64,000 nucleotides of DNA from Gammaproteobacteria bacterium (GCA_033852075.1 JAWSVC010000012.1:25788-89787), one strand, 5' to 3'; positions 21,535 through 32,891 are shown, counted from the stretch's first letter. The notes: a model not told the origin generated them from the sequence alone. Made by a program: numbers and translations.

Positions 21535-22452
21535 TTATTGATTAATAATAATTAAGGCTTGATCTAATATGTTATCGCAACCATTCAACCAATATATTTT
21601 GTGTCCTTGTCTTTCCATTCGGTTAAAATAATTTTCTTGTTTTTTTGCAAATCTTTTAATTTCTGAATTAAGTTTTTGAAACATATCATTCCTAGATATA
21701 TTTTTTTGTAAAAGTTGAGAAAGGAATCTGTATTCAAGCCCATAGTAATCCAGCTCGTCAAAGCTGACCCCGGAAGATAATAGATTTTTGGCTTCTTCTA
21801 CCATGCCTGTTGAAATTCTTGATTTTAAACGCTTTGTAATTCTACTGTGTAATTCCTGACGACTAAATTTTATGCCGAAGATTAGTGGCTTTAATTCTGG
21901 AAAAATTTCTTTTTTATGAACTTTTTGTTGGGCTAATGCTACCTCAATTGCTCTAATAGTTCTTTGCCTATCTGTGGTGTCAGAGGTGTTATGCAAATCT
22001 GGTTTTAATTCATTGAGTTTGTTAATTAATTCAGCGTCATTTAATTGATCAAGTTCATCCCTTAATTTTTTATCTTCCGGTGCATATACAAATTGATAGT
22101 TATCAAGTACTGCTTGGATATAAAGACCAGTACCTCCAGCTAGGATGGGGAGTTTGTTTTTTCTTCTAATGGCTTCGAAGCAATCGAAAAATAATTTTTG
22201 GTATTCAAATACATTAAATTGATAGCCAGGATCATAGATATCGATAAGGTGATAGGGAATATCACCGTATTCATCTAGGTCTTTACCGGTCCCAATATCC
22301 ATACCCTTATATACTTGTCTTGAGTCTGCAGAAATTATTTCCCCGTTGAAATTATTTGCAATTTCAACAGCTAATTTGGTTTTGCCCGTAGCAGTTGCTC
22401 CAAGTACTACAATCAAATTATATTTGTCTGATTTTTCCATGCTTGTGTTCAT
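21535..22452 (-). CDS. miaA: tRNA dimethylallyltransferase
   Basis: GATATGKT P-loop, IISADSRQVYKGMDIGTGK, GGTGLY, FAKKQ. Confidence 0.92.
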   Translation of the reverse strand: MNTSMEKSDKYNLIVVLGATATGKTKLAVEIANNFNGEIISADSRQVYKGMDIGTGKDLDEYGDIPYHLIDIYDPGYQFNVFEYQKLFFDCFEAIRRKNKLPILAGGTGLYIQAVLDNYQFVYAPEDKKLRDELDQLNDAELINKLNELKPDLHNTSDTTDRQRTIRAIEVALAQQKVHKKEIFPELKPLIFGIKFSRQELHSRITKRLKSRISTGMVEEAKNLLSSGVSFDELDYYGLEYRFLSQLLQKNISRNDMFQKLNSEIKRFAKKQENYFNRMERQGHKIYWLNGCDNILDQALIIINQ

Positions 22453-22636
22453 TTATTTTAAAAATAAAAGGTATTTAAAGCGAAATATATGTAAATTTCT
22501 GAAGAATAACGTAAAAAAACAGGACCTAGCTAACAATATGGCTTATTAAGTGCGGAAATTATCACTAACTAATCTATTCTTACCATAAAGAAGTAGAAGA
22601 ATTTTAGCAATTTAGTGTTGTGGTTGGAATTATTTA

Positions 22637-24472
22637 ATGGATATCGATAGAGAGTTATTAAAACTTAATATCCTTGTGGTTGATGATCAACAAATTAATC
22701 ACAATTATATCAATGATATATTGTTTTCTCATGGTTTTGAGCAAGTGATCAATATTACTGATCCTCGTCAAGCTGTGGGAGTTTACTGCACACTTTCTCC
22801 TGCTTTAGTGATTATTGATATTGATATGCCTTTTCAAAGTGGTATAGAGCTGTTTAAAGAAATATTTAATATATCAAATGGTTTCAAACCAATTGTATTA
22901 GGTATTGCTCAGCGTGATAATAATGATTTGGTTTATCAGGCTTTAAATATAGGTATGCTTGATATTATCTATAAGCCATTTGATGAGCTAGAGGTCTTAT
23001 CAAGGGTTAATACTTTACTAACCATTAGCCTTCTTTCAAGCAAATTAGATTTACAATCAAAAAATAAAGAATTGTACGCAAAGAAATCTCTTGAATATGT
23101 ATCTCAGGATAGTCAGGAAAGAGCTGAATTTGAAAAAAAACTGTTGCATATGGCTATGCATGATCCCAGGACTAATTTCCCGAATAGAATGATGCTGCAA
23201 CATAAAATAGGTGAGCTGGTTGAAGTAGAGAAAAAAGAAAAATTTTATGTGTTTGTTGTGTATCTAAATCATTTTGATGATATAAATCATTCACTTGGAT
23301 ACCATAATGGAGATAAAATCTTAATGCAGGTTGCGGTTAGGTTAGGTGATCTGGCAAACCTTATTAATGGGGCTATCAGAATAGATAATACTGGTGGAAA
23401 CGAGGATTTCTTATCGGTAATGGAAGGTGTTAATTTTGCATTTTTAATTGATGGAAACATTACGGATATTGATGTAAATAAAATAGCTGATTCTGTATTG
23501 TCTGATTTGCAAAGGCCTTTTGATTATCATGGTATGTCTTTAGATATAGGCGCATTAATTGGTATATCAGAATATCCTGCTCACGGTAAAAATGCCAATA
23601 TGTTAATGCAACATGCTCATGTAGCTATGGAATTAGCCCATGGTAATGCTGATCATTATGCGATTTACTCATCCGGTGAAGATCCATATAGTGCTCGTAA
23701 GTTAATGCTTATGGTGGAATTGCGGGCAGCGATTGAACATAATAATTTGAAACTTTATTATCAACCACAAATGTCATTATTGACTGAAGAGGTAATAGGT
23801 GTTGAGGCGTTAATTCGTTGGATTCATCCCAAATTAGGATTTATTCCTCCAGATGAATTTATTCCAATAGCTGAACAAACCGGTCTGATTAAACAACTTA
23901 CGAGATGGGTTTTAAAAGAAGGCATAAAAAAATGTCATTATTTTTTTGCAAAAGACCAGCCTATTCGTATTAGTTTAAATATTTCTCCAAAAAATATTCA
24001 GGAGCCTGATTTTGGAAGATTTGTAGTTGATTCTTTAGCAGATTACAGTTTGCCGAATGATCTATTAATGCTTGAAGTAACAGAAAATATTAATCTTGAA
24101 GGTAACTTGATTGCGCAAAAGAATCTGGAGTATCTGAATTCTAAGATGATACGGTTTTCTATAGATGACTTTGGAACAGGGTATTCTTCTCTTGCATATC
24201 TAAAACAATTGCCTCTTGCTGAACTTAAGATTGATAAATCATTTGTAATGGATATGGAAAATAATCCTGACGACATCATGATAGTTCATACTACTATTGA
24301 GATGGGGCATAACCTAGGTATGGAAATTGTTGCAGAGGGAGTTGAAGATGCAGGCTGCTGGTCTTTATTGCGTGATCTGGGGTGTGATATTGCTCAGGGA
24401 TACTATTTTGCCAGGCCAATGCCGGAAGAAGATTTAGATAAATGGATAGACAATGGTGGAGTATTGGATTAG
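22637..24472 (+). CDS. REC-degenerate GGDEF-EAL phosphodiesterase
   Basis: Receiver; GGDEF site reads EGVNF; [33 protein letters not shown]. Confidence 0.92.
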   Translation: MDIDRELLKLNILVVDDQQINHNYINDILFSHGFEQVINITDPRQAVGVYCTLSPALVIIDIDMPFQSGIELFKEIFNISNGFKPIVLGIAQRDNNDLVYQALNIGMLDIIYKPFDELEVLSRVNTLLTISLLSSKLDLQSKNKELYAKKSLEYVSQDSQERAEFEKKLLHMAMHDPRTNFPNRMMLQHKIGELVEVEKKEKFYVFVVYLNHFDDINHSLGYHNGDKILMQVAVRLGDLANLINGAIRIDNTGGNEDFLSVMEGVNFAFLIDGNITDIDVNKIADSVLSDLQRPFDYHGMSLDIGALIGISEYPAHGKNANMLMQHAHVAMELAHGNADHYAIYSSGEDPYSARKLMLMVELRAAIEHNNLKLYYQPQMSLLTEEVIGVEALIRWIHPKLGFIPPDEFIPIAEQTGLIKQLTRWVLKEGIKKCHYFFAKDQPIRISLNISPKNIQEPDFGRFVVDSLADYSLPNDLLMLEVTENINLEGNLIAQKNLEYLNSKMIRFSIDDFGTGYSSLAYLKQLPLAELKIDKSFVMDMENNPDDIMIVHTTIEMGHNLGMEIVAEGVEDAGCWSLLRDLGCDIAQGYYFARPMPEEDLDKWIDNGGVLD

Positions 24473-24493
24473 ATCTTTATCATTTTGTTAAAT

Positions 24494-24526
24494 AAAAAGT
24501 CCTGCTTAAAATAAGCAGGACTTTTT
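24494..24526. terminator. Bidirectional terminator
   Basis: AAAAAGTCCTGCTTA-AAA-TAAGCAGGACTTTTT. Confidence 0.88.
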
Positions 24527-24538
24527 AAAAATAAACTA

Positions 24539-26176
24539 CTATTCTGTAGCTTCTTTTACAGCTTGTTTAGCATCATCAGCTATCTCTTTAACTGCTTCTG
24601 CGGTATCTTCAGCGGCTTCAGCAACAATTTCTGTTGCTTCTTCAGCCATTTCAGTTGCTGTTTCTGTAGTTTCAACAGCAACTTCTTCAGCTTTTTCGGC
24701 TACATCAGTTGCAGCTTTTTCTGCTGTATCAACCATTTCAGCAACAGTTCCTTCAGCAGATTTTTCTTCAACAGTTGCTGTAGTGGTGTGTTCTGCTGAG
24801 GTAGCAGCTGCGTGTTCGGCTGGTGCATGAATAGCTGTAGGTTCAGTAGCATGGTGAGCAGAACCTCCAGGAATACTTGGAATTAACTGGAAGCATATCA
24901 TTACCACAATTGTTGGGAATAATGCGCCAGCAAGTATACCTAGAGGACTAATACCATCTTCACCAAATGATTTTTTAAGAATACCGAAACCAGCAGGGTT
25001 AGGAGCGTTAGCAATAACAGTTAAACCACCACCGGAAACCGCACCAGCAACCAATCCGTATTTTTGACCATCAGTAAGATCAACAAGCGATCCAAGATAA
25101 GTTAGGGCTGCATTGTCAGTAATAGCAGTAAGACCAGTAGCACCAATATAAAGCGTAAGATCGCCAAGCTTTGTTAATACTTCTTGTAACCACCATTGCT
25201 GCATAGTACCAAGGGTAACCAAACCGGCAAGGAAGAAGCCAACAAGTAATGATTCTTTAAGTTTAACTTCGTCTTGATATTCTTTTGTAACAGCAACAAA
25301 ACCAAGGAAGAATAGGAATAGCCCCATGAAGAACGTCATATGGTGAGCAGTATAAACGACTAGAGCTAAGAAAATAAGGTGAATAACGGTTATCCACCAA
25401 GTAGGGGTCATGGTATTTTCATGAGACTGTTTGTCTTCTAGCTTGCCTTTAAGTTCATTTTTAAATGCAAAAGCTACAGCAACTGTACAAATAACAATAG
25501 CAATAGCAGCTTTAAAACCAAAATTGGTAACCATGTGCATGATACCCCAATGCCATTTACCAGCAACCATAAGAACAGGAGGCGCTGCAAAATGGGTAAG
25601 GGTTCCGCCAACGGAGATATTTACAAATAGCAGACCAATGGTTGCATACATGAACTTCTTAGACATATTGTTGCTGTAAAAATACTCAAGAAGGATTAGC
25701 GCAGTAACAGTCATAGCAGCAGGTTCAGTAATAAATGAACCAAGTAAAGGGCCAAGTATTAGTGCTGATATATAAAATGCCATACGACCAGGGAATGGAA
25801 GTAGTTTAGCAACAGTCTTAATCATCTTTTCTGCGAGCAAGATTACAGGCCTGGTACCAGCCATACACATAATAACGAACACGAACATTGGTTCGGTGTA
25901 ATTTTGGTCATTAAGGTATTTAATAGCACCGCCAACTACATTGTGGTGGTCATCATAAATGACAAAACCATTGAAAATTGAATAACAAATAAGGAATAAA
26001 GCCGCCCACATTCCGAATACAGCTTCAACTTCACCTAAAAAATGGAAGAAGTTATTGCCAACTGAACCGTGAGGGTATTTGTGTGAAATTTCTTCAAACT
26101 TTTTCACCATAAAGGTGTGTATAACGGCACAGGCAAATAATACAGTACCGATAATTTGAATAGTTGTTGGATTCAT
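24539..26176 (-). CDS. Putative Na+/H+ antiporter (DUF1504-type) with Ala/Glu/Thr-rich C-terminal tail
   Basis: FLGEVEAVFG, GSFITEPAAMT, TDNAALTYLGS, GGGLTVIANAPNPAG; many TM helices. Confidence 0.8.
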   Translation of the reverse strand: MNPTTIQIIGTVLFACAVIHTFMVKKFEEISHKYPHGSVGNNFFHFLGEVEAVFGMWAALFLICYSIFNGFVIYDDHHNVVGGAIKYLNDQNYTEPMFVFVIMCMAGTRPVILLAEKMIKTVAKLLPFPGRMAFYISALILGPLLGSFITEPAAMTVTALILLEYFYSNNMSKKFMYATIGLLFVNISVGGTLTHFAAPPVLMVAGKWHWGIMHMVTNFGFKAAIAIVICTVAVAFAFKNELKGKLEDKQSHENTMTPTWWITVIHLIFLALVVYTAHHMTFFMGLFLFFLGFVAVTKEYQDEVKLKESLLVGFFLAGLVTLGTMQQWWLQEVLTKLGDLTLYIGATGLTAITDNAALTYLGSLVDLTDGQKYGLVAGAVSGGGLTVIANAPNPAGFGILKKSFGEDGISPLGILAGALFPTIVVMICFQLIPSIPGGSAHHATEPTAIHAPAEHAAATSAEHTTTATVEEKSAEGTVAEMVDTAEKAATDVAEKAEEVAVETTETATEMAEEATEIVAEAAEDTAEAVKEIADDAKQAVKEATE

Positions 26177-26316
26177 ATTTCCCTACCTAAACAATTATTA
26201 AAAAAAGCATACGTACTAAGACGCTGGTAGCATATCATTTGTAACGTGATTTTTATATCAATATAGGGAAAAAGTTAAAAAATATAGTAATAAAATTACA
26301 TGATTAGGATGTAGAT

Positions 26317-26385
26317 AAAAAAAACCGGCTATGGGGAAGCCGGTATAAAAGCTACGTATATCAGGAGGAAATACTTACAGTTTAT
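26317..26385 (-). ncRNA. Candidate small RNA with an anti-Shine-Dalgarno seed and intrinsic terminator
   Basis: Minus strand reads ...CUGUAAGUAUUUCCUCCUGAUAUACGUAGCUUUUAU-ACCGGCU-UCCCCAU-AGCCGGU-UUUUUUU; no upstream CDS feeds this terminator. Confidence 0.5.
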
Positions 26386-26794
26386 AATATATGTCTAGTA
26401 CATTATTGCTGTGAGCAAATCTGCAAGCTATATGTGGGTTAGTCCACACTTATTCAATAAAGTTCAAATTAGGGGATATTTTTCCAATATCTTTGTTACA
26501 ACTCACTAAAAAATGAGTCGCTTACAATGGCGTAGGCTCAACATCTTTTTAACAAATCGTGCCTTGATCTTGAAAAAATATCCATCGAATTACATTCTTG
26601 GTGTTATTTCTAATATTTTGGTATCAATTTTTATAAAAGATAGTACCGACAATAAGTTAGCTTCAATGTTTTTTAATAAATGATTATTTTTAGTCATTTA
26701 CTCAATGATAACTTCTTCAAACTTAAAAAATTAAGATATTTACTATACTGAAATTAATAAATGGAAATATTGTGTAAATATACATGGAGGTGTT

Positions 26795-27973
26795 ATGCGT
26801 ACACTAAAATCAACTGTTGAATACAACCCTCAGTATATGCTTGGTTCGCTTGGAGCCGGTGGATTAGCTGTAACATTTTTTATCTATCTTATGTTTATGG
26901 TTAAACATAAAGGTTACCCCATGGTGACTTTTGATCATATCTATCCATTATTAAAAAACGGCCCCATAGCATTGAGCGTTTTGATTGGTGTAGTACTTAT
27001 ATTAATGCTGGTATTTGCATATTTACACTTTAGGTTATTGATATGGAATTTTTTGCAGATACGAGAATTTAAAAAAACTTCGGTCTATGAAGCAATGAAA
27101 AGCAGTAATGGTGAAATTTCAATGATGGTGATCCCTTTGGTTTTGGCTATGACTATTAATGTTAGCTTTGTTTTGGGAGCGGTTTTTATACCAAAGTTGT
27201 GGACTATCGTTGAATATCTTTTCCCTGGAGCGTTGCTGGCATTTTTAGCTGTTGCTATTTATGCGGTTAAGATCTTTTTTGGGTATTTTTTGCGGCTATT
27301 AGAACAAGGTGGGTTTAATGAACTAGCTAATAATAATCTTTCGCAGATGATTGCTATCTTCGCTTTTAGCATGATTGCGGTTGGTTTTGCTGCTCCCGGA
27401 GCAATGAGCCATACGATTGCTTTTAATGCTGTTGGATTATTCCTTTCGGTAATGTTTTTAATGGTAGCTGTAATGTTAATGTTATTGCAGTATACAATGG
27501 GGTTCAGCTCTATGATGACCCATGGAATCGGAAAAGAGACCGTTCCAACCATCTGGGTTATGATTCCTATTTTCACTTTGTGGGGTATTACAATAATACG
27601 TTACCTGAATGGGCTGCATCATCATTTTGATTTTTCCTACGGTATGGGAACTTATTATATTTTTACCTCGGCAGTGGTGGGTATTCAGTTAATGTTTGGT
27701 GTGTTTGGCTATCTGTTGATGAAAAAAATAGGGTACTTTAAGGAGTATGTTTGGGGTGAAAAAAACAGTGCAACTGCATATGCTTTGGTGTGTCCTGGTG
27801 TAGCTTTTTTAGTTTTTGGAATGTTTTTTGTTAACTATGGGTTGGTTGTAAATAAGGTAGTTGAAAAGTTTACATTGCCTTATTATCTGATACTGGCTCC
27901 ATTTGTTTTGGTGCATCTGGCAACGGTTGTTCTGTTTTTCAAGTTGAATAGTAAGTTGCTTAAGAAGGTATGA
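26795..27973 (+). CDS. tsoY: TsoY-family (seleno)protein, Cys-containing form; polytopic membrane protein
   Basis: YNPQYMLGSLGAGGLAVTFF, PLVLAMTINVSF, YALVCPGVAF motifs; RBS GGAGGT. Confidence 0.72.
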   Translation: MRTLKSTVEYNPQYMLGSLGAGGLAVTFFIYLMFMVKHKGYPMVTFDHIYPLLKNGPIALSVLIGVVLILMLVFAYLHFRLLIWNFLQIREFKKTSVYEAMKSSNGEISMMVIPLVLAMTINVSFVLGAVFIPKLWTIVEYLFPGALLAFLAVAIYAVKIFFGYFLRLLEQGGFNELANNNLSQMIAIFAFSMIAVGFAAPGAMSHTIAFNAVGLFLSVMFLMVAVMLMLLQYTMGFSSMMTHGIGKETVPTIWVMIPIFTLWGITIIRYLNGLHHHFDFSYGMGTYYIFTSAVVGIQLMFGVFGYLLMKKIGYFKEYVWGEKNSATAYALVCPGVAFLVFGMFFVNYGLVVNKVVEKFTLPYYLILAPFVLVHLATVVLFFKLNSKLLKKV

Positions 27974-28021
27974 CGATATTTTTGTGCTTTTGCAAGAAAA
28001 AATTTGTTATTAAATCATAGC

Positions 28022-28441
28022 TTAATTTAAATATTCCAAGACCGTGATTTTGATCTGTTTTTTTTCATTTTCGCTGTATTCTATATAGATTATCTGCGAT
28101 CCATTTTCATATGAACCATCTGCTAGGAGCTTGAATTTATTTGCAATAAGATATTCAGATAGGGCGCTAATAGGTTTTGTCGTAGAAAACTCAACAACAT
28201 TTTCAACAGGTTTATTCCCATCAGCTGTACTATAGAAGTAGTTTGCATCTTCTAACTCTGTAAACGGCAACTCTTTTATTATTTCTGTGGTTAGTAGGTA
28301 ATATTCCAATGAGCCTTTTTCATAGGAGACGCTTTCGCTAACAATAATAGAAAGCAAATATGCTAATGCAATAATTGTAGTTATAAAAAAAAGAAAAATA
28401 CTAACAATTAGTTTCTTCATAACTTGTTTATTTGACTTCAT
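28022..28441 (-). CDS. Hypothetical protein with N-terminal membrane anchor/signal
   Basis: Hydrophobic N-terminus; coupled to the upstream gene (true start may be 28420). Confidence 0.65.
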   Translation of the reverse strand: MKSNKQVMKKLIVSIFLFFITTIIALAYLLSIIVSESVSYEKGSLEYYLLTTEIIKELPFTELEDANYFYSTADGNKPVENVVEFSTTKPISALSEYLIANKFKLLADGSYENGSQIIYIEYSENEKKQIKITVLEYLN

Positions 28442-29081
28442 AGAAAAGAATGCCCTGCTTTGCAGGTTGTATTGTATTTAATAATGGTGGTAGTGAGGAG
28501 CTCATTGGACCGTAATTTTTAGATTCGCCGATGGGGTAAATGTATGGAGTAGTTCTATAATTTTTATTTGATCCAACAGCGCCATATGTATCCCAGATAT
28601 GAAGAGCTTCTTTTTTGCTTACAGGTTCACAAATTTGGATAAATTGTTTTTGTGGCTCAACAGCTCGGTAAAAGCCGATTAAGTTAGATACAAGGTCTTC
28701 AGCGCTAAAGCTGCTATCAGTAAAAATTCCCCAAAACCAATTTCCTTGCATTGTTTCAAAGTCTTTTGAAACATCAAGAAATATTGATAATGCAACTGAT
28801 TTTTTTTGTTCAAGTTTCATACCTTTTTTAAGGTCATATGTTTTTACAATGCCAATTTTAATGTGTTTTGTGCCCATTTTTTGTGAGTATGAAATTCTGT
28901 AGTATCCCGCTTTTGCTGAAGGTTTTCCTTTTTCGTTTTTGATCTCTTCCCATAAAACAGATGCACCTTTGGCTGGGTTTGCATGACCTAGATCAACCCA
29001 TCCGCACTTTTTTGTATAGATTAATCCGCGATCTAAGTTTGGGGCTATTAGTGCATCTACAATATGTTTTCTTTCTGTCAT
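28428..29081 (-). CDS. Hypothetical protein with GLIYT..GWVDLGH motif
   Basis: 217 aa ORF; GLIYTKKCGWVDLGH and SFSAEDLVSNLIGFY look like conserved family motifs (DUF4056-like from memory). Confidence 0.7.
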   Translation of the reverse strand: MTERKHIVDALIAPNLDRGLIYTKKCGWVDLGHANPAKGASVLWEEIKNEKGKPSAKAGYYRISYSQKMGTKHIKIGIVKTYDLKKGMKLEQKKSVALSIFLDVSKDFETMQGNWFWGIFTDSSFSAEDLVSNLIGFYRAVEPQKQFIQICEPVSKKEALHIWDTYGAVGSNKNYRTTPYIYPIGESKNYGPMSSSLPPLLNTIQPAKQGILFYEVK

Positions 29082-29105
29082 TTTGTTTGTCTTTATTAAA
29101 GAGGC

Positions 29106-31709
29106 TTAAATATTCTCTTTAGCCCAAGCCTCTAAAGAAGCTAAAGCACCATCCAGCTTATTTGGTTCACTGCCACCAGCTAATGCCATATCAGGCTTGC
29201 CTCCGCCACGGCCGCCAACCTGTGCTGCAATGTGATTAACAACATCGCCTGCCTTGATGTTTTTGATCAAGTCTTTGGTAACACCAGCTGCTAATTGGAC
29301 TTTGCCTTCATCCATAACTGTTCCAAGAACAATTACTGCAGTTCCAAGCTTGTTTTTAAGCTGATCAACAGTTTCGCGAAGGGTTTTGGCATCTGCACCT
29401 TCTAGCTTTGCTGAAAGTATCTTAACTCCATTGATCTCAATCGCATTGCTGGCAAGGTCACCGCCTGCCTGGCTGGCAAGTTTGCTTTTCATGCGTTCAA
29501 GCTCTTTTTCTGTCGCACGATTTCTGGTGATAAGCTGCTCCATCTTATCATTAAGATTTTCACGGTCAGCTTTAAGGAATCCGCATAACTTATTGAGCTT
29601 ACGCTCATTATTCCAAAGATATGTCATTGCATTGGTGCCGGTAAGGGCTTCAAGGCGACGTACGCCAGAGGCTATACCTGTTTCACTTATGATCTTAATC
29701 AAACCAATATCACCAGCTCTTTCGGCATGGGTACCACCACAAAGTTCGATGGAAAAATCACCTAGCTTAATGACTCTAACTTTATCTCCGTATTTCTCAC
29801 CAAATAACGCCATAGCCCCGGACTTGGTGGCCTCGTCATAAGGCATCACGCTAATTTCTGCGTCATGGTTGGCGCGAACCTGTTCATTGGCAATTTTTTC
29901 GATTTCTTCCAGCTGCTCTTGAGAAACCGGTTCAAAGTGTGAAAAGTCGAATCTAAGTCTATCCGAATTAACCAATGACCCTTTTTGCTGAACGTGGGTT
30001 CCAAGTACTTCGCGTAGCGCAGCATGTAAGATATGAGTTGCAGTGTGGTTGATCATGGTTGCCTGGCGTTTAATGCCATCTACAACTGCTGCAACTTCAT
30101 CTCTGGTATTGATTGTGCCTTCAATAACGGTGCCTATGTGCAAAAATGCATTGTGGCTTTTAATAGTATCTTTAATTTTAACCTTAAAACCGTTGCCTAG
30201 TAGTTCTCCGCAATCACCAGCCTGACCGCCAGATTCTGCATAAAACGGGGTCTTGTCTAAGATGATTTGTACTTCATCTTCAGTAGTTGCTTTGTCGATA
30301 AGGTGGCCATCTTTAAAGATCGCTAACACATGTCCTTTGCCAGTAGTCGCCTCATAACCAATAAATTCGGTGCTGTGTTCTGTTTCCATGTTTTCGTTAT
30401 AATCGATATCAAACTGACTGCTTTCTTTACTTTTCTTTTTTTGCTCTTCCATGGAAGCATCAAAACCATCACGGTCAACAGTAAGTTCACGCTCACGGGC
30501 AATATCAGCAGTAAGGTCAAATGGGAAACCATAGGTGTCGTAAAGCTTAAAGGCTGTAGCGCCAGATATAACTTTGCCGCCCATTGTATCAATTTCAGTT
30601 TCCAGGATTTTCATGCCTTGCTCAAGGGTCTTAGCAAATTGTTCTTCTTCCTGCTTTAAGATCTTTTTAACAAAATCCTGCTGCTCAACAAGGATAGGGT
30701 AGGCTTCTCCCATCTCTTTTATCAAAGTATCTACAAGCTTATAGAAGAATAGATCTTTGGTGCCAAGTTGGTATCCATGTCTTACCGCACGGCGAATAAT
30801 GCGTCTGAGTACGTAACCACGCCCTTCATTTGACGGGAATACTCCATCAGCAACAAGGAATGAACAGGCGCGGATATGATCAGCAATAACTCGTAGTGAT
30901 TTATTGTTAAGATCAGTTGTTCCTGTGATATTAGCAGCAGATTTAATAAGGCTTTGGAATAGGTCGATTTCATAGTTGGAATGAACATTTTGTAAGATGG
31001 CTGCTAGTCTTTCCAATCCCATACCGGTATCAACCGATGGTTTTGGAAGTGGCTCCATGGTGCCATCCGCAAAGCGGTTGTATTGCATAAATACTAGATT
31101 CCAGATCTCAATGTAGCGATCGCCATCTTCTTCAGGAGTTCCTGGAGGTCCACCTGGAATATCTTTGCCATGGTCATAAAATATTTCGGTACAAGGACCG
31201 CATGGTCCGGTGTCTCCCATGGCCCAAAAGTTATCTTTGGCCCCTATACGAGAAAAACGGTTTTCATTAACTCCAATCTCTTTAAGCCAGATGTCGGCTG
31301 CTTCATTATCTTCTTCAAATACTGTTACCCATAACTTTTCAGGAGGTAGGCCAATGACCTCAGTCAGGAATTCCCATGCATATTTAATTGCATCTTGTTT
31401 GAAATAATCGCCAAAGCTAAAGTTACCTAGCATCTCAAAGAAGGTATGATGGCGTGCAGTGTAGCCAACATTTTCCAAGTCGTTATGCTTGCCCCCTGCA
31501 CGAACGCAGCGTTGGCTTGAGGTGGCTGTTGTATAGGATCTTTTCTCTTGACCAAGGAATGTATCCTTAAACTGGACCATTCCTGCATTGGTGAAAAGTA
31601 AGGTCTTATCGTTACCAGGAATTAAAGGGCTGCTTGCAACTATTTCATGCCCTTTTTCATTAAAGAAGTTCAGAAATGCATTTCTTATATCTGCACAAGT
31701 CCAGTTCAT
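29106..31709 (-). CDS. alaS: Alanine--tRNA ligase
   Basis: [40 protein letters not shown], editing motifs HTATH and CGGTH. Confidence 0.99.
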   Translation of the reverse strand: MNWTCADIRNAFLNFFNEKGHEIVASSPLIPGNDKTLLFTNAGMVQFKDTFLGQEKRSYTTATSSQRCVRAGGKHNDLENVGYTARHHTFFEMLGNFSFGDYFKQDAIKYAWEFLTEVIGLPPEKLWVTVFEEDNEAADIWLKEIGVNENRFSRIGAKDNFWAMGDTGPCGPCTEIFYDHGKDIPGGPPGTPEEDGDRYIEIWNLVFMQYNRFADGTMEPLPKPSVDTGMGLERLAAILQNVHSNYEIDLFQSLIKSAANITGTTDLNNKSLRVIADHIRACSFLVADGVFPSNEGRGYVLRRIIRRAVRHGYQLGTKDLFFYKLVDTLIKEMGEAYPILVEQQDFVKKILKQEEEQFAKTLEQGMKILETEIDTMGGKVISGATAFKLYDTYGFPFDLTADIARERELTVDRDGFDASMEEQKKKSKESSQFDIDYNENMETEHSTEFIGYEATTGKGHVLAIFKDGHLIDKATTEDEVQIILDKTPFYAESGGQAGDCGELLGNGFKVKIKDTIKSHNAFLHIGTVIEGTINTRDEVAAVVDGIKRQATMINHTATHILHAALREVLGTHVQQKGSLVNSDRLRFDFSHFEPVSQEQLEEIEKIANEQVRANHDAEISVMPYDEATKSGAMALFGEKYGDKVRVIKLGDFSIELCGGTHAERAGDIGLIKIISETGIASGVRRLEALTGTNAMTYLWNNERKLNKLCGFLKADRENLNDKMEQLITRNRATEKELERMKSKLASQAGGDLASNAIEINGVKILSAKLEGADAKTLRETVDQLKNKLGTAVIVLGTVMDEGKVQLAAGVTKDLIKNIKAGDVVNHIAAQVGGRGGGKPDMALAGGSEPNKLDGALASLEAWAKENI

Positions 31710-31718
31710 TACATACTC

Positions 31719-32168
31719 TCATTCATAGTGTTCAATGTCATTAAGCGCGCATTTTACCTGATCAAACGTAAAACCTCGATACTCTAAAAAGCGAATTTGT
31801 TTGGCTTTATCACTTAGATTGGCTGGCAGTTCAGTTCCAAAGCGCTTTTCTCGTACTTTTTTCGCAATAATTATCCAATCATTTTGTCCAATTTGAAGCT
31901 CATTAATGCTTAGATTAATGCCTTTATTTCTTAATTCAGAGATTATTTTGAGAGGACCATGGCCTTTATTTATTCGTGAATTGATAAATGATTCAGTAAA
32001 CCTTTCATCGCTTTGCAGGTTGTTTTCGGAAAGCCAGGTGAGAACTTCATTTATATCAGATTGTATTGCACCTTTTATTATGAGTTTATCAATAAGTTCT
32101 TTTTGGGAATGCTCGCGTCGCGATAGGTAATCGATAGCTGCTATTTTTACGGCTTCCTTATCCAGCAA
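31719..32168 (-). CDS. recX: Regulatory protein RecX
   Basis: LSRREHSQKEL, QSDERF, GHGPLKI..EL, RFLEYRGF; located upstream of alaS. Confidence 0.92.
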   Translation of the reverse strand: MLDKEAVKIAAIDYLSRREHSQKELIDKLIIKGAIQSDINEVLTWLSENNLQSDERFTESFINSRINKGHGPLKIISELRNKGINLSINELQIGQNDWIIIAKKVREKRFGTELPANLSDKAKQIRFLEYRGFTFDQVKCALNDIEHYE

Positions 32169-32201
32169 AATCTATCTTTCCTTATATTGGGATGTAATAA
32201 C

Positions 32202-32230
32202 AAAAAGGCAGCGAAAATACTGCCTTTTTT
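32202..32230. terminator. Intrinsic terminator downstream of the P-II gene
   Basis: AAAAAGGCAG-CGAAAATA-CTGCCTTTTT. Confidence 0.75.
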
Positions 32231-32235
32231 AATCT

Positions 32236-32577
<342 letters not shown>

Positions 32578-32891
32578 TTACTCCTATTATGAGTGCTAAA
32601 CCAATCATTGTTATAGCATAAATTCTAAAAGATTTATTGTATTAATACGGTATTACTAATGGAACTATCCATAAAATAATCAGTAATACTCAAAAACAAA
32701 TGTAATGATAGTTGTTTGTGAATCAATCTACAATATTTGTCTATATGCTGATTGGATTAATAATGTTGCAAGCGTAATAAATTGAATAAGTTTTATTTTT
32801 CTTGCCCAAAGTTGGTATAATTTGTATTCCTATTTGAAAGCTTCCAAAGTGAATTTTATTTAATTTGTATTGTTGTGATTTGAGGTTTGAT

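Noticed and set aside
26391-26414. Leader peptide downstream of AGGAGG on the plus strand
   Set aside because: The ATG is about 20 nt from the SD and gives only 7 codons; the antisense sRNA reading fits better.
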